Shown: positions 61,542 to 64,000 of the stretch, piece after piece
How the letters are laid out: the number at the start of each line of letters is the position of its first letter
Numbering within the stretch: position 1 is the stretch's first letter
The notes under the pieces: generated by a model
What the model saw: the letters and a program-made list of their open reading frames with translations, nothing else
Database searches by the model: none
Told to the model about the DNA's origin: nothing
Made by a program: the position numbers and the translations under genes
Assembly: GCA_043812955.1 (NCBI GenBank)
Contig: JBDRLN010000061.1
Coordinates: forward strand, 7,231 to 71,230
From: Candidatus Omnitrophota bacterium
Lineage (GTDB): Bacteria; Omnitrophota; Gorgyraeia; Gygaellales; Profunditerraquicolaceae
DNA: 64,000 bases
Direction: 5' to 3'

Positions 61542-63075
61542 CTTCTTTAACCAAGAAATAGCCCCTGGCAGTCTTTATTAAACAATTGCCTCTGGCCAGC
61601 TTGGTTATCCGGCTGTAATCCGCGTAATTCTTAATCGACTGCCGGTTTATCTCTATGATCACATCTCCGGAGATAATGCCCGCGTTATCTGCCGAGCTAT
61701 TCGGTTCAACCGAAACCACAACTACCCCTTCTTTTTCCGCTGAATGCATGCGCCGCTTAGATTCAGGACTTAATTCTTCGGCCCTGATACCCCTCCAGGA
61801 GCCAGCTTCGGATATACCTATTTCTTCTTCGGTTTTTTCTACATCCTGAGGCCGCTCTCCGATATCTGCGTTTAAAATTATTTCTTTCTTATCCCTAATC
61901 ACAACAACCTTTATCTTTTTACCTACTTCGGCCTTACCGACATTGCTCAATAACTCCTTAACATTTGCGATCGGCTTGGAATCAAATTGCTTGATTATAT
62001 CGCTTTCTTTCATTCCGGATTTTTCCGCTGGACTGCCTTTTAAAACCTTGGCTACTAAAACCCCGATTTTATCGCTTACACCAAAATACTTAGCCAGGTC
62101 CTCGGTTAGATCCTGAACTGTAATACCCAACCATCCATAAGCTATCTTTTTCCCCTCGATAAGCCTAGAGATTATACTTTTTGCGGTATTAGAAGGAATT
62201 GCAAAACCCACCCCTTGGTATCCGCCGGTTGTAGAAAATATTACTACATTAATTCCGACAATCTCCCCTTTTAAATTTACTAAAGGCCCTCCGGAATTAC
62301 CGGGATTTATCGCCGCGTCAGTCTGAATAAGATCGTTAAAATCCTTATCTCGGGAGAGCGCCCGGCCTAAACTCCTATGCAAGGCGCTGATTACACCCGC
62401 GGTCACTGTTGGCTCAGGATTCTGCATGGCAAATCCAAAAGGATTACCTATGGCTACTACCCATTGTCCTATCCTTAAACTATCCGAATCCCCTAAACTT
62501 GCCACCGGCAAATTCTTAGGAGCCTCAATTTTAATAACTGCCAAATCTGAACGAGAATCTTTTCCTTTTACTTGAGCCTTAAACTCGCGGCCATCAGATA
62601 AAGTTACGGTTATTTTATCCGCATTATCGACTACATGCTCATTGGTTAAAATATAACCGGCATCATCAATTATCACCCCGGACCCTAAAGCTGTCTGCCT
62701 GAATTCCCTCTCCGGAATATCGCCAAAAAACTCATTGAAGAAACGCCGGAATAGTTCATCATTTCCAAAAGGCATCTCTTCGCCTCCACCAAACGGAGAA
62801 TAGCGGTAATATCTTCTCTGGCTACCCCCTATTTTAGTCAACTGCTCAGTGCTAATAGAAACAACAGCCTTTCCCGATGTATCGGCCACTCGGATAATCG
62901 CATCCTCCATATTAAAACCTTCTAATGAAGTAGGCTCGGAATAATTTTTAATTTTTGGCTTGGTCTCCTGACTAATAGCTGTAACCGGAAAATTTAAACT
63001 TCCTGCCACTAGCAAGCCAATGATTAAACCGGACAGCGTAAAAAAAACAGCAAAAAATAATGTTCCTTTCTTCAT
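61528..63075 (-). CDS. degP: HtrA/DegP serine protease with two PDZ domains
   Basis: LTNEHVV, DLAV, QTDAAINPGNSGGPL. Confidence 0.93.
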   Translation of the reverse strand: MKKGTLFFAVFFTLSGLIIGLLVAGSLNFPVTAISQETKPKIKNYSEPTSLEGFNMEDAIIRVADTSGKAVVSISTEQLTKIGGSQRRYYRYSPFGGGEEMPFGNDELFRRFFNEFFGDIPEREFRQTALGSGVIIDDAGYILTNEHVVDNADKITVTLSDGREFKAQVKGKDSRSDLAVIKIEAPKNLPVASLGDSDSLRIGQWVVAIGNPFGFAMQNPEPTVTAGVISALHRSLGRALSRDKDFNDLIQTDAAINPGNSGGPLVNLKGEIVGINVVIFSTTGGYQGVGFAIPSNTAKSIISRLIEGKKIAYGWLGITVQDLTEDLAKYFGVSDKIGVLVAKVLKGSPAEKSGMKESDIIKQFDSKPIANVKELLSNVGKAEVGKKIKVVVIRDKKEIILNADIGERPQDVEKTEEEIGISEAGSWRGIRAEELSPESKRRMHSAEKEGVVVVSVEPNSSADNAGIISGDVIIEINRQSIKNYADYSRITKLARGNCLIKTARGYFLVKEDGGK

Positions 63076-63092
63076 TGCTAACTACCTCCCCT

Positions 63093-64000
63093 TTATAACA
63101 TCACGATCTTTTTCCTGACTTCTTTCTCAATATTATCCTGTAATTTAGGATTTTCTTTCAAGGATTTTATTGCGGCATCCCTGCCCTGCCCGATCTTCTC
63201 GCCTTCAAAAGAAAACCAAGTCCCGGATTTGGTTAATACTTCCAGGTTTGCCGCGGCATCGATCACGCTTCCTGCCCTGGCAATGCCTTCGTCATGAAGT
63301 ATTTCAAATTCACCCTCTTTAAAAGGCGGAGCAATTTTATTTTTAACTACCCTGGCCCTGATCCGGCTTCCGATCACGCTATCACCCGATTTTATAGCGG
63401 CTATCCGGCGCAGGTCTAGCCTTACCGAAGAATAAAACTTCAATGCCCGTCCCCCGGGAGTAGTCTCCGGATTTCCGAACATAACTCCGATCTTCTCCCT
63501 GATCTGATTGATAAAAATAACGCAGGTGCGGGATTTACTGATAGCCGCGGTAAGCTTACGCAAGGCCTGAGACATCAGTCTGGCTTGCAAACCCATATGT
63601 GAATCCCCCATCTCACCTTCTATTTCAGCCCGAGGAGTAAGCGCAGCTACTGAATCCACTACCACTAAATCTACGGCGTTGGAACGAACCAGGGTCTCGG
63701 TGATCTCCAGGGCTTGTTCGCCGGTATCCGGCTGAGACATTAAAAGCTCCTCTAGATTAACCCCTATCTTCTGGGCATAATATGAATCAAAAGCATGCTC
63801 AGCATCGATAAAAGCCGCAACCCCGCCTTTTTTCTGGATTTCCCTGATCACACTTAAGGTAAGCGAGGTTTTGCCAGAAGCCTCAGGCCCGAATATCTCA
63901 ATAACCCTACCCTTAGGTAAACCCCCTATCCCTAAAGCGCAATCCAGCGTAAGTATACCGGTAGAAATGGCTTCAACATCCACCCTGATCTTACCTCCTA
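63093..64000 (-). CDS. recA: Recombinase RecA (5' end beyond window)
   Basis: [28 protein letters not shown]; frame open to window edge. Confidence 0.98.
   Translation of the reverse strand, partial: GGKIRVDVEAISTGILTLDCALGIGGLPKGRVIEIFGPEASGKTSLTLSVIREIQKKGGVAAFIDAEHAFDSYYAQKIGVNLEELLMSQPDTGEQALEITETLVRSNAVDLVVVDSVAALTPRAEIEGEMGDSHMGLQARLMSQALRKLTAAISKSRTCVIFINQIREKIGVMFGNPETTPGGRALKFYSSVRLDLRRIAAIKSGDSVIGSRIRARVVKNKIAPPFKEGEFEILHDEGIARAGSVIDAAANLEVLTKSGTWFSFEGEKIGQGRDAAIKSLKENPKLQDNIEKEVRKKIVML

Overview
This 64 kb window is core genome, and every real gene lies on the minus strand. Read in transcription direction it runs: recA(partial)-degP-recX-alaS-hisDBHA-(PG-binding lipoprotein)-hisFI-trpE-rpsP-yajC-secDF-mfd-surA-pdxA-rsmA, two hypothetical exported proteins, then tRNA-Thr-rpmG-tRNA-Trp-secE-nusG-rplKAJL-rpoBC, the str/S10/spc/alpha ribosomal superoperon, aspC-leuC-like-pilT-leuD-like-icd-mdh-lpdA, and CIRCE-controlled groES-groEL(partial). 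The unusual EF-Tu effector loop and the missing rpmD suggest a PVC-group bacterium, possibly Omnitrophota (inference). The striking signal is non-coding. About 29 gene junctions, many normally tight in ribosomal operons, hold small inverted-repeat elements from several families. Several can be excised in silico through short direct repeats to restore a normal junction. They sit in start codons, stop codons or final codons and regenerate those signals. One copy still carries what looks like the fused N- and C-termini of a GxxExxY (PD-(D/E)XK-like) gene, suggesting an autonomous parent element. Coordinates were counted by eye and may be off by a few bases.
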